DNA of 64,000 nucleotides from Candidatus Omnitrophica bacterium UBA6253 (lineage in GTDB: Bacteria > Omnitrophota > Gorgyraeia > Gygaellales > Profunditerraquicolaceae), in assembly GCA_002441245.1 (NCBI GenBank), contig DJVP01000001.1, forward strand, positions 1,215 to 65,214. The letters run 5' to 3'. Position numbers and translations under genes: made by a program. This document shows, piece by piece, positions 60,826-64,000 of this stretch. The notes below the pieces were generated by a model. The model worked only from the letters and a program-made list of their open reading frames with translations, was not told the DNA's origin and searched no databases. How positions within the stretch are numbered: position 1 is the first letter of the stretch; each line of letters starts with the position of its first letter.

Positions 60826-63800
60826 ATGGAAAATCAAAGAAAAGAAAACAAGCTCAATTTTATCCGGAATCATAAGGATAATTCTGACCTGGCGGTTATA
60901 AAACTGCGAAATTCAGAGTTTCAGCAGAAGGCTATTTTGAATAATATCCCTGATATAGCCTGGCTTAAAGATATTGATGGCAAGTTTATTGTAGTTAATG
61001 ATGCCTTTGCAAAGGCCTGCGGCTTTAAAGCCGAAGAGATTGCGGGTAAGACTGATTTTGATCTTTGGCCGAAAGATTTGGCGGAGAGTTATCGTTCTGA
61101 CGACCGCGATGTAATGAGAAGCAAAAAACGTAAATGTATTGAAGAAAGATTGATTAATAAAGAAGACGGTGAAATCTGGATAGAAACTGTCAAAACTCCG
61201 GTTTTTGATGATCAGGGTAATGTGATTGGCACAACCGGCATAGCCAGGAATATCTCGCAGCGTAAAAAAGAAGAAGAGAAACAAAGGGATATTCGTTCTG
61301 AGCTTGAAATCAGGGTCAAAGTCAGGACGGCGGAGTTGACCAGCCTTAATGAGAATCTGCGTAAAGAAATAAAAGACCGCGTAAAAATTGAAGAAGAACT
61401 GCTTAATGCGGGAAGTTTTCTGCATGGCGTATTTTCCAGCATTCAGGATGGTTTAAGTGTATTGGATACCGAAATGAATGTTTTACGCGTTAATCCTACT
61501 AAAGAAAAATGGCATGCCCACAACATGCCTCTGGTGGGAAAAAAATGTTATTTTGCTTTTCATGGCAGAAACCAGCCTTGCGATGAATGCCCGGTAGAGG
61601 AAACCATTAGGACGTTAAAACCCTCTTATAAGATTACTGCTTTTCATGATAAAGATAAAAATATCTTGGGTTATCTTGACCTTTACAGTTTTCCGATGTT
61701 CGATGAAAAAACTAAGAAACTGATCGGCGTAATAGAGTATGCGCGTGATATAACTAAGCGTAAGAATGCTGAAGAGGCATTACAGATAAGCGAGGAAAGA
61801 TTCCGCACTATAGCTGATTTTACATATGATTGGGAATATTGGCAGGGTACGGATAATAAGATGATTTATGTTTCTCCTTCATGCGAACGCGTCACAGGGT
61901 ATACGCAAAACGATTTCTTGAACGACCCTGATCTTATTGAAAAAATTGTGCACGAGGATGATATTGCAAATCTCCGCAAGAAAGTAAAAGATGCGGTTCG
62001 GGAATGTGTAAAATTAGAAACTGATTTTCGCATAGTTACTCATAGCGGACAGATCCGCTGGCTTAACCATGTGTGTGTGCCTATTTACAACAAAGAAGGC
62101 AAATTACTTGGGCGCAGGGCCAGTAATCGCGACGTTACCAGGAATAAAGAATACGAAAATGAATTACGGGTATATCGTGAAAAGCTGGAGCTTTTAGTAG
62201 ATCATCGCACAAAAGAGTTGGAATCAGAAGTTAAATCAAAAGAGACTGCGGAGCTGCAAGCTAAAAAACTGCGCCAACAGATTGAGTTTATACTCGGAGC
62301 GACTAAAACCGGGCTGGATATTATTGATGAAAATTATTGTATTCGTTACATTGACCCGGAGTGGGCGAAAACATATGGCCCCTGGGAGGGAAAGCTTTGT
62401 TTTGATTATTTTATGGACCGCAAGACTCCTTGTCCTGATTGTGCCTTAGAGAAAGCTTTTAAAACAAAAAAAACCGTAGTCAGCCAGGAGGTATTGGTTA
62501 AAGAGGGTAATCGCCCGATTTCAGTAACTACTATACCTTTCCAGGATGATAACGGTGAATGGTTAGTTGCCGAGGTGAACATTGATATAAGCGAGAGGCT
62601 CAAGATTGAGGAGGGGCTGCGGCGTTACCGCGAACATTTGGAGGAGATTGTCGAAGAGCGTACTGCGGATCTTTTACAAGAGGTTTCTTTACATAAAAAA
62701 GCGGAATTAGAAAAAAGTAAACTTCATCAGGAATTGCTTAAATCATATGAGAAATTAAAAAGTATTTCGCTTGTTGATTCGCAAACAGGACTTTATAATC
62801 GACGTTATCTACAGGATGTTGTTGAAGTGGAGTTTCACCGGACCCGCAGGTTTGCCCATGGTTTAGCCATAATTATGCTGGATATCGACTATTTTAAATC
62901 CATAAATGATGTTTACGGTATTGCTTTTGGGGATTTGGTCTTAAAACAGCTTTCCAGGCAGCTAAAGCGCATGGTGCGTCGCTATGATACCCTTATCCGC
63001 TATTCCGGAGAGGAGTTTTTAATTATTTCGCCAAGACTGAACAGAGATTTAGCTTTTAGCATGGCCCAGAGATTGCTAGAATCATTGAATTTTATAAACT
63101 TTGGCAATAATAAACATAGCGTAAGGTTAAAGTTAAGCCTGGCTGCGGTTTCTTTCCCGGAGGATAGGGTAAAAAACGGGATGGATTTGGTTAATTTAGC
63201 TAATATGGTACTTAATAAAGCTAAGGAGCAGGGGGGTAACCGGGCCTATTCTACTATAGATATGAACAACCTGTCTAAAAAGAGCAAGACCATCAAGCCA
63301 GTCGGGGTGAGAACTTTAAAGAAAGCGATTGATAAGCTTACCAGGAAATCAAAGCAGGGTTTGTCAGAGTCAATCTTTGCGTTTGCTAAAACCATTGAAT
63401 TAAAGGACCATTATACCGGCGAGCATGTTGAAAATACCGTGCATTACGCAACAGAAATTGCCAAATGTTTAAATCTGCCCCAGGAGGATGTGGAATTAAT
63501 TAAACAGGCGGCTATGTTGCATGATCTAGGCAAGATCGGTATCAGCGAGAATATACTGCTTAAAAAAGGCAAGCTTAATAAAAAAGAGTTTGAGGAGATT
63601 AAAAAACATCCGCAGATCGGAGCGGATATAATACGGCCTATCCAGTTTCTGCATGCCTTAATCCCGTTTATTTTTTATCATCATGAAAGATGGGATGGTA
63701 AAGGATACCCCAGCGGGATAAAAGGCGAGGATATCCCCATCGGGGCCAGGATTATTGCTATTGCCGATGTGTATCAAGCTTTAATTAGCGACCGGCCGTA

Positions 63801-63915
63801 CCATAAAGCTTTTACTAAGGCCAAAGCCATTGATATGATTAAAAAGGCCTCTGGAACCCAGTTTGACCCCCGAATCGTAAGCAATTTCCTTACTGTTATT
63901 AAGAAAGAAAAATAA
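60826..63915 (+). CDS. multidomain signalling protein with several PAS/PAC sensor domains, coiled-coils, a degenerate GGDEF domain (SGEEF) and a C-terminal HD-GYP phosphodiesterase domain
   Basis: At least three PAS/PAC-like blocks are present, some with Cys-rich inserts (CDECP, CPDCALEKA). The GGDEF-like motif is RYSGEEF. The HD-GYP motifs are MLHDLGKIGI and HHERWDGKGYP. Confidence 0.8.
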   Translation: MENQRKENKLNFIRNHKDNSDLAVIKLRNSEFQQKAILNNIPDIAWLKDIDGKFIVVNDAFAKACGFKAEEIAGKTDFDLWPKDLAESYRSDDRDVMRSKKRKCIEERLINKEDGEIWIETVKTPVFDDQGNVIGTTGIARNISQRKKEEEKQRDIRSELEIRVKVRTAELTSLNENLRKEIKDRVKIEEELLNAGSFLHGVFSSIQDGLSVLDTEMNVLRVNPTKEKWHAHNMPLVGKKCYFAFHGRNQPCDECPVEETIRTLKPSYKITAFHDKDKNILGYLDLYSFPMFDEKTKKLIGVIEYARDITKRKNAEEALQISEERFRTIADFTYDWEYWQGTDNKMIYVSPSCERVTGYTQNDFLNDPDLIEKIVHEDDIANLRKKVKDAVRECVKLETDFRIVTHSGQIRWLNHVCVPIYNKEGKLLGRRASNRDVTRNKEYENELRVYREKLELLVDHRTKELESEVKSKETAELQAKKLRQQIEFILGATKTGLDIIDENYCIRYIDPEWAKTYGPWEGKLCFDYFMDRKTPCPDCALEKAFKTKKTVVSQEVLVKEGNRPISVTTIPFQDDNGEWLVAEVNIDISERLKIEEGLRRYREHLEEIVEERTADLLQEVSLHKKAELEKSKLHQELLKSYEKLKSISLVDSQTGLYNRRYLQDVVEVEFHRTRRFAHGLAIIMLDIDYFKSINDVYGIAFGDLVLKQLSRQLKRMVRRYDTLIRYSGEEFLIISPRLNRDLAFSMAQRLLESLNFINFGNNKHSVRLKLSLAAVSFPEDRVKNGMDLVNLANMVLNKAKEQGGNRAYSTIDMNNLSKKSKTIKPVGVRTLKKAIDKLTRKSKQGLSESIFAFAKTIELKDHYTGEHVENTVHYATEIAKCLNLPQEDVELIKQAAMLHDLGKIGISENILLKKGKLNKKEFEEIKKHPQIGADIIRPIQFLHALIPFIFYHHERWDGKGYPSGIKGEDIPIGARIIAIADVYQALISDRPYHKAFTKAKAIDMIKKASGTQFDPRIVSNFLTVIKKEK

Positions 63916-63971
63916 TCCCTTTTTAACTTGCTAAAACCCGCTAAAAATAGTAATATATAGTATTATTTTTA

Positions 63972-64000
63972 GGGCCCATAGCTCAGTCGGTTAGAGCAGT
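63972..64000 (+). tRNA. 5' part of a tRNA gene, truncated by the window end
   Basis: GGGCCCATAGCTCAGTCGGTTAGAGCAGT gives an acceptor strand, the invariant T8 and A9, and a GCTC/GAGC D-stem with a D-loop (AGTCGGTTA). The anticodon is outside the window. Confidence 0.55.

Noticed and set aside
1-64000. Searched by eye for CRISPR arrays, transposase, integrase or phage genes, including integration at the tRNA-Ala at 1498 and at the partial tRNA at 63972
   Set aside because: No regularly spaced direct repeats were seen, and no DDE transposase, tyrosine or serine recombinase motifs were found. The tRNA flanks carry ordinary housekeeping genes, so no mobile element is called.

Overview
This 64 kb window comes from a low-GC bacterial chromosome, probably diderm given LptD and a membrane pyrophosphatase; the phylum cannot be assigned from sequence alone. 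Every credible gene lies on the + strand, so the minus-strand ORFs in the track are taken as frame artefacts. Most of the content is housekeeping, listed here in order along the window. A tRNA-Ala(CGC) precedes a Memo/AMMECR1 fusion gene, rsmE, and an MtaB-like methylthiotransferase. A thioesterase, a nitroreductase and the H+/Na+ pyrophosphatase hppA follow. Then comes an ECF sigma factor with a zinc-finger anti-sigma protein and a membrane CHAT-TPR protein. Next is an Rrf2-regulated sulfur amino-acid operon (metY-cysK-metX-metW). An intergenic locus with a consensus promoter, a palindrome, a terminator and a tiny basic ORF separates that operon from a cluster encoding a possible ribbon-helix-helix protein, a secreted protein and a BNR-repeat protein. 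Further on are trxA, a split pta plus ackA, panD, def, trxB, GTP-type pckG and purC. A membrane protein, a NYN-domain protein and an MBL hydrolase follow, then miaB, miaA and hflX. The heat-shock operon hrcA-grpE-dnaK-dnaJ follows, preceded by a CIRCE element and a MerR-like gene. Downstream are accD, an orphan ABC ATPase, two tandem GGDEF proteins, a ROK glucokinase, a short transaldolase, lptD, and four UDP-sugar enzymes. The window ends with cvpA, a Nif3-like gene, dnaG-rpoD, a large PAS-GGDEF-HD-GYP protein and a truncated tRNA. No CRISPR array, transposase or integrase was recognised. The best candidate for an undescribed system is the sigma/anti-sigma/CHAT-TPR triplet at about 8.5 to 12.1 kb. 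Secondary candidates are the small-RNA-like locus at about 16.8 to 17.2 kb, the exported Memo-AMMECR1 fusion, and the overlapping NYN-MBL pair.
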